A DNA stretch of 62,959 nucleotides, counting the filler. It is 4 parts of 4 records of this genome, joined end to end, with 100 filler letters (N's around TTAATTAATTAA, not from the genome) between each part and the next. Parts side by side here need not be neighbours in the genome. Positions count along the whole stretch, not along the records: positions 32,237 to 57,811 come from SRR2962707_4922; 3 more parts are not named here. One strand, written 5' to 3'. The stretch's first letter is position 1. Every line of letters begins with the position of its first letter. Positions 38,695 through 48,620 of this stretch are shown piece after piece. Under the pieces are notes generated by a model, which saw nothing but the letters and a program-made list of their open reading frames with translations, searched no databases and was not told where the DNA came from. The position numbers were made by a program, and so were the translations under genes.

Positions 38695-39657
38695 TTGTCC
38701 TCGAGTAAAAATCGCCTGATCCTGGATACCGATGGTGGTGTGGACGACGCACAGGCACTGTTGATGCTTATTGCCAATGGTCGGACACCGGACGCCATCA
38801 CCACGGTTTTCGGCAATGTCGGGCAGGATGTGGCAACCCAGAACATTCTCGCGACGCTGGCGGTCGCCAAGGTGGATGTTGCTGTCCATGCGGGAGCAGG
38901 GCGCCCGCTGACGCAGCCGGTGATCGACGCAAAGTATATCCATGGCGATGACGGTCTGGGGGGCGCGCCAAGGCCTGACGTGGTCGCTGATGTCGCCAGC
39001 GAAGACGCCAATGGCTTTCTGATCGAAACGCTGCACGCAGCTAGCACGCGCGGAGAAAAGATCGACATCCTGATGATTGGCCCACTGACCAATCTGGCAC
39101 TGGCGCTACGGCTTGATCCGACGATTATCAACGGGATCGGTCAACTCACCATTATGGGCGGAACGGTCTATGGTCGGGGCAATACGACGCCTGCGGCTGA
39201 ATTCAACATCTATGCCGACCCCGAGGCTGCCGCGATTGTGTTCGGCGCCGATATCGACATTCTCGTGGCGCCCTGGGAGCCTTGCGTGCTGCACAACATG
39301 ACCGGTGAGCACGTCGATGAGCTGTTTGAGGCTGTGCCCGACAGCCCACAAAAGGCGTTCTCCACCGCCTTGGCACGCCATGCCCGTCAGACTATTGCCG
39401 GCTATGGCGGCGGCGACAATTTCCGCTTTGTCGATCCGCTCGCTGCCGCCGCAGTGATCGAGCCCGATATCATCACCAAGTCCATCCGCGCATCGGTCGA
39501 TGTCGCTCTCGCGCCTGGCATCGCCCGGGGCATGACGATTGTTGACCCTTCAGGTCGCCTGGGTACGCCCATGGTGAGCCTGATCGAAGAGGTCAAGCTG
39601 GAGCGGCTCATCGCCCTCTACGCGGCCTCGATTGCCTTCGTTCCACAACACGCCTGA
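38695..39657 (+). CDS. IUNH-family nucleoside hydrolase (1)
   Basis: DTDGGVDD, FGN, HGDDGLG, GPLTNLA and AEFNIYADPEAA motifs; TTG start at 38695. Confidence 0.9.
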   Translation: MSSSKNRLILDTDGGVDDAQALLMLIANGRTPDAITTVFGNVGQDVATQNILATLAVAKVDVAVHAGAGRPLTQPVIDAKYIHGDDGLGGAPRPDVVADVASEDANGFLIETLHAASTRGEKIDILMIGPLTNLALALRLDPTIINGIGQLTIMGGTVYGRGNTTPAAEFNIYADPEAAAIVFGADIDILVAPWEPCVLHNMTGEHVDELFEAVPDSPQKAFSTALARHARQTIAGYGGGDNFRFVDPLAAAAVIEPDIITKSIRASVDVALAPGIARGMTIVDPSGRLGTPMVSLIEEVKLERLIALYAASIAFVPQHA

Positions 39658-39681
39658 TCCAACCATCCCAGGAGTACTTCC

Positions 39682-40734
39682 ATGACGTTGAAAAATCTCT
39701 CCCGCCGTTCGGCCCTAGGCCTGCTGTCTGCCGTCGCCCTGATGGGCTCGGTTTCCTCCGGCGCGGTTCTGGCGCAGGAATATTCGGCCGAAAACCCGCT
39801 CAAGGTCGTGTTGGTGCTGCACGGTACCCTTGGTGACAAGAGCTTCTTCGACAGTGCTGCTGCGGGCATGGCCAAGGCCCAGGCCGAGCTACCTGTCGAA
39901 ATCAAGATCATTGAAGCGGGCTATGACAAGACCAAGTGGCAGCCTGCCTTGGCCGATGCTGCAGATAGCGGCTATGACGTTGTTATCGCAGGCACCTACG
40001 ATATGACGCCTTATATCACCGAGCTCGCTGACGAATATCCCGAGGTCAAGTTCATCGACTTCGACGATAGCCCGGACTTCAGCGGTGGTGCCTATCCAAA
40101 CGTGCTGTCGATCATGTACGGCACCTCAACTGCCGGCTATCTGGCTGGTTATGCCGCTGCCAAGGTGTCCGAGACGGGCACCATTGCAACCATTCTGGGC
40201 ATGGAATTCCCCACCGTCACCGATTTCAAGGTGGGGTTTGATCAGGGTGCCATGGATGCCAATCCCGACATCAATATCATCAGCACCGTGGCCGGTACGT
40301 TCTCCGATCCTGCAAAGGGCAAGGAAATAGCGCTGGCGCAGTTCGGTCAGGGCGCCGATGTGGTTTTCCCAATCGCGGGCTCCACCGGCATTGGCGCGCT
40401 GCAGGCCGCCAAGGAAAACGGCAAGCTCGCTGTTGGCGTGGACAGCGACCAGGCCACGGTCTTTGCCACCTCGGATCCCGAGCAGGCCGAGGTGATCTTC
40501 ACCTCGGTGGAAAAGAAGATCGGCGAGTCGCTGTTCCTGGCCCTCAAGGCCACGATTGATGGCACCCAGGAATACGGCAAACGCGAGCTGCTGGGGCTCA
40601 AGGATGGTGCGGTGGGGATCTCCAAGAACAGCTACTACGAAAAGCTCGTTTCCGCGGAAATTCGCGACGAGGTCGAGGCGCTTGAAGCCAAGATTGTCTC
40701 GGGCGAGCTGGTCCCCAATAGCGACATGGAATAG
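39682..40734 (+). CDS. BMP-family nucleoside ABC transporter substrate-binding protein
   Basis: LGDKSFFD, GYLAG, DPAKGKE and GVDSDQ motifs; RR-containing signal peptide. Confidence 0.9.
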   Translation: MTLKNLSRRSALGLLSAVALMGSVSSGAVLAQEYSAENPLKVVLVLHGTLGDKSFFDSAAAGMAKAQAELPVEIKIIEAGYDKTKWQPALADAADSGYDVVIAGTYDMTPYITELADEYPEVKFIDFDDSPDFSGGAYPNVLSIMYGTSTAGYLAGYAAAKVSETGTIATILGMEFPTVTDFKVGFDQGAMDANPDINIISTVAGTFSDPAKGKEIALAQFGQGADVVFPIAGSTGIGALQAAKENGKLAVGVDSDQATVFATSDPEQAEVIFTSVEKKIGESLFLALKATIDGTQEYGKRELLGLKDGAVGISKNSYYEKLVSAEIRDEVEALEAKIVSGELVPNSDME

Positions 40735-40739
40735 TCGCC

Positions 40740-40764
40740 TGGCGCCGCTGTCACGGCGGCGCCA
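40740..40764 (+). terminator. Intercistronic stem-loop after the SBP gene
   Basis: TGGCGCCGCTG-TCA-CGGCGGCGCCA followed by ATTCTGTTTT. Confidence 0.6.
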
Positions 40765-40788
40765 ATTCTGTTTTCTGGAGGGATCATC

Positions 40789-42333
40789 ATGGCGCCGCTA
40801 CTGCAAGCGACCGGCATCGGCAAGACGTATCCGGGTGGCGTTGTCGCCAATGACGGAGTCAATCTGACGGTTTCAGCTGGAGAGGTTCACGCCGTCGTGG
40901 GTGAAAACGGCGCCGGAAAATCGACCCTGATGAAAATCCTGTTCGGCATTGAGCGACCGGACGCCGGCGAACTCACCCTGGATGGCAAGCCGGTGAGCTT
41001 TGCCAATCCCCGCGACGCCATCGAGGCGGGCATTGGCATGGTTTTCCAGCATTTCTCTCTGGTGCCCTCGTTCTCGGTCTATGAGAACGTCGTGCTGGGG
41101 TCCGAACCCCGATCCGGTGCCAGGTTTGACCGCAAGCGCGCCATCGAAGAGGTGCGTGCCCTGTCGAAGCGCTTCCGGCTCAAGGTTGATCCCCTGCCTG
41201 CCGTGGGGACGTTGCCCGTAGGACAACAACAACGCGTGGAAATCCTCAAGGCGCTATACCGCGACGCGCGCATTCTCATTCTCGACGAGCCCACAGCTGT
41301 TCTTGCCCCCCAAGAGGTCGAGGAACTGTTTATCGCTGTGCGTGAACTGGTCGCGCAGGGCCGGACCGTCATCTTCATAGCCCACAAGCTGCCCGAGGTT
41401 TTGGAAATCTCCGACCGCATCACCGTAATGCGTGCCGGCCGATCGGTGGGCGAAGTGGGGCGCAGTGAGATCACCGAGCAAGGCCTGGCCACCATGATGG
41501 TCGGCCGCGACGTGGCGCTGCGCGTTGATCGTGCGGCGACCGCTGGTGCGCTGGCCTGCGAAATCAAGGCGCTCTGGGTCAGGAGCGAGAGCGGCCAACC
41601 CTTGCTGGAAGACCTAAATCTGCGTGTTCATGCCGGCGAAATCGTTGGACTTGTTGGCGTAGAAGGGAACGGGCAGGCCGCACTGATCGACGCCATATCG
41701 GGCGCCGGGCCGATGTCCGCAGGTGTCGCCTATCTCAACGGCACCAGTCTGGGGCCGCTCAGCACGCTGGAACGGCGCGCGATCGGGGTAGCCAACATCC
41801 CCGAAGACCGAATTGCCCAAGGGCTTGCAGGCGGGGCCAGCGTCGCCGAAAATCTAGTGGCCACCAAGCTGGGGGACAGGCGATATGTCCGGCGCGGACT
41901 GCTCGATCTCAGGGCAATCAAGGCAAACGCCGAGGCGCTGATTGCGCGATATTCAGTGCGGGTCGGTGGCGCGGACCAGGCCGTTGCCACGCTGTCTGGG
42001 GGCAATATGCAAAAGGTCGTGGTTGCCCGCGAACTGTCGGAGCAGCCCAAGCTGCTGCTGGTCAGCCAGCCGACACGCGGTGTCGATCTGGGCGCAACCC
42101 AGTTTATCTGGCGCTCATTGACCGATGCGCGTGACGCGGGCGCCGCGGTACTGCTCAGTTCTGCTGACCTGACCGAACTGCTCGCCCTGTCCGACCGTCT
42201 GGTGGTGTTCTATCGCGGTAAGCTTGTCGCCGCCTTCCACAACGATGACACGCTGACCCCGGAGATCCTGGGCAGCTACATGCTGGGTCTTGCCGTGCAG
42301 ACTCAGGAAGAAGTGATGGGAGCTCTCCGATGA
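40789..42333 (+). CDS. CUT2-type nucleoside ABC transporter ATPase (two domains)
   Basis: GENGAGKST, GMVFQHF, LDEPTAVL, LSGGNMQK and QPTRGVD motifs. Confidence 0.93.
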   Translation: MAPLLQATGIGKTYPGGVVANDGVNLTVSAGEVHAVVGENGAGKSTLMKILFGIERPDAGELTLDGKPVSFANPRDAIEAGIGMVFQHFSLVPSFSVYENVVLGSEPRSGARFDRKRAIEEVRALSKRFRLKVDPLPAVGTLPVGQQQRVEILKALYRDARILILDEPTAVLAPQEVEELFIAVRELVAQGRTVIFIAHKLPEVLEISDRITVMRAGRSVGEVGRSEITEQGLATMMVGRDVALRVDRAATAGALACEIKALWVRSESGQPLLEDLNLRVHAGEIVGLVGVEGNGQAALIDAISGAGPMSAGVAYLNGTSLGPLSTLERRAIGVANIPEDRIAQGLAGGASVAENLVATKLGDRRYVRRGLLDLRAIKANAEALIARYSVRVGGADQAVATLSGGNMQKVVVARELSEQPKLLLVSQPTRGVDLGATQFIWRSLTDARDAGAAVLLSSADLTELLALSDRLVVFYRGKLVAAFHNDDTLTPEILGSYMLGLAVQTQEEVMGALR

Positions 42334-43442
42334 GCACGACAGCAATCCTTGCCCGGCAGTCTCGTTGGAGCACTTTCCGAAAGGAAACGCTGCGCGCTGT
42401 GACCGCGATCGCGGTGGCCCTGCTGGTCACCATCATCGTGGTTCTGCTCACCTCCAAGGCACCATTGGAGGCACTCAACACGCTGCTGACCGCTCCAGCT
42501 TCTAAGCCCCGTACCATCGGCCTGTGGTTCGATGATGTGGCCAAGCTCACAGTGACCGGTCTGGCCTTCTCCCTGGTATTTCAGGCCCGCCAATTTGCCC
42601 TGGGCGTCCAGGGACAGATCTATGTCGGTGCGCTCGCATCGTCCTATGTGGCGCTCTCGCCCATTGGGCCCACCTTTGCAGCCATTCCGCTGGGCATTGC
42701 TGCGGCGATGCTTGCAGGTGCCGCCTGGGGATTCATCCCTGGCATTGCCAAGGCCAAATTGGGGGCCAATGAAATCGTCTCGTCGCTGATGCTGAACTAT
42801 ATCGCGATTGAGCTGTGCAATTTTCTGGTCCGCGTGCAACTGCGTGAGAGGCCAGGCGTCCTGACATCACTGAAATTTCCAGACGCCGCCGTTTTCCCAC
42901 CCCTAATTCCAGGCACCCGCATCGATCTGGGCCTCATTCTGGCGCTTGTTGCGACGGTTCTCGTCTGGTTTGCGCTTTATCGCACGAGCTGGGGTCTCAA
43001 GCTCCGTCTTGTCGGTCACAATGCCCGCTTTGCGGAATATGCCGGCATCAAGTCTTCGCTGATCATGGTTTCGGCCATGACTGCTGCAGGTGCTCTTGGA
43101 GGCATGCTGGGGGCAATGTTCGTGCAGGGTCAGACCTATGGCAAAATCACCGTGCTGTTTGAGGGCGGTCTGGCCTTTGAGGGCATTCTTGTTGCCATCG
43201 TGGCCCGCAGCCGGCCACTGGCCGTGCCTGTTGTAGCGATCTTTTACGGCTATCTGCGCCAAGGTGCGCAACTGATGAACATTCGTACCGACGTGCCGGC
43301 GGAAGTGATCGGAGTTGTGACCGCCATCATCATCCTGCTGGTATCCTCCTCCTTCTCGGTGCCAGGCAAGAAATGGCTATCAGCGCAGTTTGGGCGCCGG
43401 GCGCAGCCAGCAGGCCTGTCAGCCGATGGAGCGGCCAAATGA
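42330..43442 (+). CDS. Nucleoside ABC transporter permease 1
   Basis: GQ, NEIVSSLMLNYI and G.N.RFAEYAGI motifs. Confidence 0.9.
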   Translation: MSTTAILARQSRWSTFRKETLRAVTAIAVALLVTIIVVLLTSKAPLEALNTLLTAPASKPRTIGLWFDDVAKLTVTGLAFSLVFQARQFALGVQGQIYVGALASSYVALSPIGPTFAAIPLGIAAAMLAGAAWGFIPGIAKAKLGANEIVSSLMLNYIAIELCNFLVRVQLRERPGVLTSLKFPDAAVFPPLIPGTRIDLGLILALVATVLVWFALYRTSWGLKLRLVGHNARFAEYAGIKSSLIMVSAMTAAGALGGMLGAMFVQGQTYGKITVLFEGGLAFEGILVAIVARSRPLAVPVVAIFYGYLRQGAQLMNIRTDVPAEVIGVVTAIIILLVSSSFSVPGKKWLSAQFGRRAQPAGLSADGAAK

Positions 43443-44389
43443 TCGAACTCTTCGCCACAATCATGTCGTCAGCCTTCTTTGTCACCGTCATTCGAACGAC
43501 AACGCCGCTCCTGCTGGCAACATTGGGTGGATTGATTGCCGACCTTTCCGGTGCGCTCAATGTGGCGCTGGAGGGCCAGATGCTGGTGGGCTGCCTGACG
43601 GCCGTGATCGTATCGGTCTATGCGCCCTGGTATGTTGCGGTACTGGCCGGGCTTGCGGCGGGTGCAGTGCTGGGCCTGGTGATGGCAATCTTTGCGCTGC
43701 GGTTGAAAGCCGACATCATTCTAGTCGGGTTCGCTATCAACATCATGGCGGCGGGCGGCACCGTCTTTGCCCTAGCCATGGCGACCGGCGGCGACAAGGG
43801 TACATCGATCAATCTGGCCTCCAAGGCCATTCCGCCAGTCGATCTGTCGTTCCTAGGTGTCATCCCCGGTATCGGGCCATTGCTGGTGTCACTATTGTCG
43901 GGGCACTCTGTATTGTCGTGGGTCGCCGCTTTCCTCGTCTTCGCCATCTGGTATTTTCTTTATCGCATGCCGTGGGGGCTGTGGCTGCGCGGGGTGGGGG
44001 AATATCCCGCGGCGCCTGAAGCGGCCGGTATACCGGTCAATGCCGTGCGGGCCTGGAGCTTGGTGGTGTCGGGTGCACTGGCCGGCCTTGGCGGCGCCCA
44101 ACTGGCCATGTTCAATTATGTCGGCTTCGCGCGTGACATGACGGCTGGTCGCGGCTTTATCGCCCTGGGTGCCGTGCTGCTGGGCGCTCGACATCCGGTC
44201 GGTGCCCTTTTGGCGGCCCTGCTGTTCGGAGCATTCGAAGGGCTTGCCGTAGTCATGCCTGGCCTGTTCGCCGATGCACCCGCCGAACTGATCCGCATGA
44301 TCCCCTTCGTCGTGACCATTCTGGCACTGATGCTGTTCAGCTACCGCGCCCAGCGTGCCCTCAAGCTCAGAGGCGTGAAATCCGCATGA
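43439..44389 (+). CDS. Nucleoside ABC transporter permease 2
   Basis: TPLLLA..GG, SGALNVALEG, GEYP.A and GRGFIAL motifs; ATGA overlap. Confidence 0.9.
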   Translation: MIELFATIMSSAFFVTVIRTTTPLLLATLGGLIADLSGALNVALEGQMLVGCLTAVIVSVYAPWYVAVLAGLAAGAVLGLVMAIFALRLKADIILVGFAINIMAAGGTVFALAMATGGDKGTSINLASKAIPPVDLSFLGVIPGIGPLLVSLLSGHSVLSWVAAFLVFAIWYFLYRMPWGLWLRGVGEYPAAPEAAGIPVNAVRAWSLVVSGALAGLGGAQLAMFNYVGFARDMTAGRGFIALGAVLLGARHPVGALLAALLFGAFEGLAVVMPGLFADAPAELIRMIPFVVTILALMLFSYRAQRALKLRGVKSA

Positions 44390-44419
44390 ACGCGCAGATC
44401 TGCAACAGCAACCAGGCAG

Positions 44420-45799
44420 GTGAGGCCTATTGCGGTGCCTGAAGAACTGGATCGCAATCGGTGCCGGGGCATTTACGGCACCTTCTTTCAGGCGCCCACG
44501 GCCGGCGAACTGGCAGTGCTGGAAAACAGGCTGATCCTGGTCGATGAGGCCGGTGTGATCAGCGCGGTCCTCGCCGAGGATGACCCGGCGCAGGCCACGG
44601 CGATAGCTGCGCTTGGCGAGGCGCTTGTGCGGCTGCCCGAAGGGCAGTTTGGCCTGCCGGGCTTTGTCGATCTGCACATCCACGCGCCGCAATATTCCCA
44701 GCTTGGGCAGGCGCTGGACGCGCCGCTGGAGGTCTGGCTGCAAAAATACACCTTTCCACTCGAGGCCAGTTACGCAGACCTGGGGTTCGCCCGCCCGCGC
44801 TATGAAGCACTGGTAGCAGACTTGCTGGCAATCGGGACCACCACGGCGCTGTATTTTGCAACGCAAGACCGCGCCGCAACTGAACTCCTCGCCGAGATCT
44901 GCATGGCCAAGGGCCAGCGCGCTCTGGTGGGCAAGGTCGTGATGGATGATCCGGCCGGATGTCCGGACTATTATCGCGACGAGTCAGCTGAAACCGCCAT
45001 CGCCGAGACGCGCGCAGTGATCGAGCATATCCGCACGCATCCCGCAAATGCCGACGGACGTGTGCTGCCGGTCATCACGCCGCGTTTTATTCCGTCCTGC
45101 ACCGATGCGGCCCTGGACGGCCTGGGAAAACTGGCAGTCGAATGCGGCTGCCATATCCAGTCGCATTGCAGCGAAAGTGACTGGGCTCATGGCCATGTCC
45201 TTGAACGCTTTGGCCATACCGATGCCGAAGCCCTCGACCGCTTTGGTCTGCTGACGCGCAAGACGGTTCTGGCTCATTCGAATTTTCTAACCGATGCTGA
45301 CATGGATCGCCTTGCCGCGCGCGGCACGGCTGTTGCTCATTGTGCGCTGTCCAATGTCTACTTTGCGAACGCTGTATTCCCGTTGCGGCGGGCGCTCGAA
45401 AAGCATTTGCATGTTGGTCTGGGCACCGACATTTCAGGTGGTCCGAGCGCCTCGATGTTCGAGGCCTGTCGCACCACAGTGCAATCCTCGCGCTTGCTCG
45501 AAGATGGCGTGGACCCCACGCTATCGGCCGCAGAGCGGGGAACGGCGGGGTCGCGGATTGATCTGGTAACCGCCTTTCACCTGGCGACGGCGGGCGGTGG
45601 AGTTGCGCTGGACCTGCCGATCGGCATCCTTGCGCCGGGCTATCGTCTCGATCTGATTGCTGTCGACACCATGGCAGAGGAGGGTACTATCCGCCTGTTT
45701 GGCGAGACGCACCCTCAGGCCGTCTTCGAGAAAATTCTCTACTGTGCCAGCCGCGCCAATATTGCCGCTGTCTGGGTCGACGGCCAGCAGGTTTGCTGA
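44420..45799 (+). CDS. guaD: Guanine deaminase
   Basis: PGFVDLHIHAPQY, WL.KYTFP.E, GTTTA.YFAT, ITPRF.PSC, HCSE and GTDISGG motifs. Confidence 0.92.
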   Translation: MRPIAVPEELDRNRCRGIYGTFFQAPTAGELAVLENRLILVDEAGVISAVLAEDDPAQATAIAALGEALVRLPEGQFGLPGFVDLHIHAPQYSQLGQALDAPLEVWLQKYTFPLEASYADLGFARPRYEALVADLLAIGTTTALYFATQDRAATELLAEICMAKGQRALVGKVVMDDPAGCPDYYRDESAETAIAETRAVIEHIRTHPANADGRVLPVITPRFIPSCTDAALDGLGKLAVECGCHIQSHCSESDWAHGHVLERFGHTDAEALDRFGLLTRKTVLAHSNFLTDADMDRLAARGTAVAHCALSNVYFANAVFPLRRALEKHLHVGLGTDISGGPSASMFEACRTTVQSSRLLEDGVDPTLSAAERGTAGSRIDLVTAFHLATAGGGVALDLPIGILAPGYRLDLIAVDTMAEEGTIRLFGETHPQAVFEKILYCASRANIAAVWVDGQQVC

Positions 45800-45805
45800 C
45801 CTGCC

Positions 45806-46492
45806 TCAATCCGCGGGTATCCAGCGCTTTGTGTCAACCAGCTGCAGCCGCGGTGAGCGGAGCGGCGCCATGATCCGGTCGCGCCATGCAGCCAATGGCT
45901 CCTGCCAGCGCGTGCCTTGCAACATGGCAGCGGTTATGGCCACTGGCGCAAGGTCTGCACGCTCCAGCAGGGTGAGGACCGCCGCCATTGAGGTGCCCGA
46001 GCTGATAACATCGTCCACTACTGCGATCCGCCGTCCCTCCAGCAAGGGCAGTGAGCGGGGATCGAGAAAGATGGTCTTTTGCTGTGTCGGGCTGGTGATG
46101 GAAGATATGGGCGCCGAAAGAGCGTCCTGATACCAGAACTTGCGCGATGTGCCCAAGGCAACCATGCGCGAATGGCCCAGACGCCGTGCGATATTGTTGG
46201 CCAGCGGCAGGCCCAGCGTTGGCACGCCGATAACAACATCGACTCCGATCCGCGTGAGCATGTCCGCCATGGCCTGCGACAGCGCGTCCTCGACTGCAAA
46301 GCTGGCCTGATTGACGATCAGCGAGGCAACTGCAGAACTTCCATCGCCGGGCAATATGCGGATTGGCAGCAGGATTTCCCGACCATCGGGCAGGGCGGCC
46401 GGAACGCCATCCACCCAGCCATCCGTGACTCCCCCAACATGTGTCCCTGGCGCATCAATTGTTTGCCAGAACTGATGGGGCGCGAGCGACAT
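45806..46492 (-). CDS. Type I phosphoribosyltransferase (purine PRT-like)
   Basis: PRPP loop IAVVDDVISSGTS; PTLG and SRKFWY motifs. Start set at MSLAP. Confidence 0.85.
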   Translation of the reverse strand: MSLAPHQFWQTIDAPGTHVGGVTDGWVDGVPAALPDGREILLPIRILPGDGSSAVASLIVNQASFAVEDALSQAMADMLTRIGVDVVIGVPTLGLPLANNIARRLGHSRMVALGTSRKFWYQDALSAPISSITSPTQQKTIFLDPRSLPLLEGRRIAVVDDVISSGTSMAAVLTLLERADLAPVAITAAMLQGTRWQEPLAAWRDRIMAPLRSPRLQLVDTKRWIPAD

Positions 46493-46566
46493 GAGAGGTT
46501 TCCTTGCTGGGGCGCGGCAAATGTTGGATGCTGCAGCAACGTTGATTTTCAAGAGCTTAGCAATCC

Positions 46567-47733
46567 ATGCCCCACAAGGACAGTGATCCATTCGAACTCG
46601 ATGCGATGATCGCGCTGCGTCATGATCTGCACGCCCATCCCGAGCTTGGGTTCGAGGAAGTCCGGACCAGTGATATCGTCGCGCGCCAGTTGGCTGACGC
46701 GGGGATCGCGGTGGACCGGGGGCTGGGCAAGACCGGCATTGTCGGCACGATCAGCGCCGGCCATGGTGGCCGCGCCATCGCGTTGCGCGCCGATATGGAT
46801 GCCCTGGCCATGCCCGAACTGGGCGAGCCCAAGTACAAATCGACCGTGGCCAACACCATGCATGCCTGTGGCCATGACGGGCACACTGTGATGCTGCTTG
46901 CCGCCGCCCGTCATCTGGCGCGAACCAGACAGTTTTCGGGAACAGTGCACTTCATTTTCCAGCCTGCCGAAGAGGGTCGGGGAGGGGCCCGGGCAATGCT
47001 GGCTGATGGTTTCCTTGATCGTTTCCCGATTGATGCCGTCTATGGCCTGCATAATATGCCCGGACTGGCCACCGACGAGATGGCGGTGGTCGCGGGACCT
47101 CAACTGGCGTCCTCCGACAGCTGGGAGGTAGCGTTCCACGGGATTGGAACCCATGGCGCCAAACCCCATCTCGGTCGTGATGGCATGACGGCTGCGGCCC
47201 ACTTCCTGACAGCGCTGCATACCATCGTGGCCCGCCGCGTCGACCCGCTGCAACCTGCCGTGGTCAGCGCCTGTGCCATCAGCGGCGGAGATTTCCGGGC
47301 GCTCAATGTCATTCCCGATGACGTGCGTATCGGGGGAACGGCCCGTGCTTATTCTGCCGAGGTCCGCGATCAACTTGAGCTTGAGATCGGCCAATTGGCC
47401 GCGGGCATTGCTACCAGTTTCGGCATCACGGCGAGTTACAGTTTCAAGCGCCGAATAGCGCCTGTCATCAACGACCTCAAAGTGACCGAGACGGCCCTGG
47501 CAGCGGCCCGACAGGTGACCGGCAAGCCGGTGGTTACCGATTTTCCGCCCTCCACGGCAGGCGACGATTTTGCCGAGTTCGGTAATCTGGTGCCCGGTTG
47601 CTATGTCTGGCTTGGCAACGGGCCGGCAGTTGATGGCGCGCTGCACCACAATTCTCGCTATGATTTCAACGATGCGGCTATCCTGACCGGGGCCCGTTAC
47701 TGGACTGCGCTGGTCGAAGCCGAATTGCGCTAG
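46567..47733 (+). CDS. M20D amidohydrolase (hippurate hydrolase-like)
   Basis: HAHPELGFEE, RADMDAL, MHACGHDGH, FQPAEE, GLHN and LHH motifs. Confidence 0.92.
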   Translation: MPHKDSDPFELDAMIALRHDLHAHPELGFEEVRTSDIVARQLADAGIAVDRGLGKTGIVGTISAGHGGRAIALRADMDALAMPELGEPKYKSTVANTMHACGHDGHTVMLLAAARHLARTRQFSGTVHFIFQPAEEGRGGARAMLADGFLDRFPIDAVYGLHNMPGLATDEMAVVAGPQLASSDSWEVAFHGIGTHGAKPHLGRDGMTAAAHFLTALHTIVARRVDPLQPAVVSACAISGGDFRALNVIPDDVRIGGTARAYSAEVRDQLELEIGQLAAGIATSFGITASYSFKRRIAPVINDLKVTETALAAARQVTGKPVVTDFPPSTAGDDFAEFGNLVPGCYVWLGNGPAVDGALHHNSRYDFNDAAILTGARYWTALVEAELR

Positions 47734-48620
47734 TCGAAGGCGCTTGCGAGCAGGGCCAGGGCGCCCTCGACATCCACCCGCATGGCGACATTGACGGGCG
47801 AGCCCGTCTGGCTCAGGCGCAGGGTGCCAGCATCGGCATCAAGGGCCAGATCAACGTCCAGACGGAACCGTTCTATCTCGAACAGTCCCGGTGCCACGGC
47901 CAGCAGCATCACGCAGGGATCATGCAGCGGTCGGCTTTGTCTGTCGTCCTGCAGGTAGGCCGTGATGAGATTGGCCGCAATATCGCCGGCCGGGGTCTGG
48001 CGCAGCGCTTTGACATAGGGGCGGTCGGCCCGAACACGCCGTGTCACATCAAGTGGCACGATGGTTGTCTCGATGCCCGAGCGCAATACGGTCGAAACGG
48101 CTTCGGGGTCGAAGGCAAAGTTGAATTCCGCCATAGGACCTGCATTGCCAGGTTCATGGATCGTGCCACCCATGACGATGAGATGGCCAATGCGTTCGGC
48201 GGCTGCAGGATGATGTGTGACCAACTGCGCCATATTGGTCAGCGGGCCGAGCGCCAGAATGTCGATCGACCCGGACGGCGCGTCCGTCAGCGTCCTGGCA
48301 AGCCAGTCCACTGCGCCGCTTTGTGGGCTCATCAGGGCTTCGGGCAGCGTGACGCCGCGCAGTCCATCATCGCCGTGAATGACACTGGCATCGATATTGT
48401 CACGCAGCATAGCAGTGGCCGCACCCGAGATAACCGGGATGTCGCTGCGCCCCATTGCCGTCAGCAGCGCGCCGGCATTGGCCGTTGTCCGTTCCAGACC
48501 GATGTTGCCGGCAAGGGTGGTGACCCCGATAACGTCGAACAGACCGCTGGCCAGTGCAAACAGGATCGCCACGGCATCGTCCAGGCCTGGATCGGTATCG
48601 ATGATGACGCGTCTAGTCAT
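47730..48620 (-). CDS. IUNH-family nucleoside hydrolase (2)
   Basis: [23 protein letters not shown] and PLHDP motifs. Confidence 0.92.
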   Translation of the reverse strand: MTRRVIIDTDPGLDDAVAILFALASGLFDVIGVTTLAGNIGLERTTANAGALLTAMGRSDIPVISGAATAMLRDNIDASVIHGDDGLRGVTLPEALMSPQSGAVDWLARTLTDAPSGSIDILALGPLTNMAQLVTHHPAAAERIGHLIVMGGTIHEPGNAGPMAEFNFAFDPEAVSTVLRSGIETTIVPLDVTRRVRADRPYVKALRQTPAGDIAANLITAYLQDDRQSRPLHDPCVMLLAVAPGLFEIERFRLDVDLALDADAGTLRLSQTGSPVNVAMRVDVEGALALLASAFD

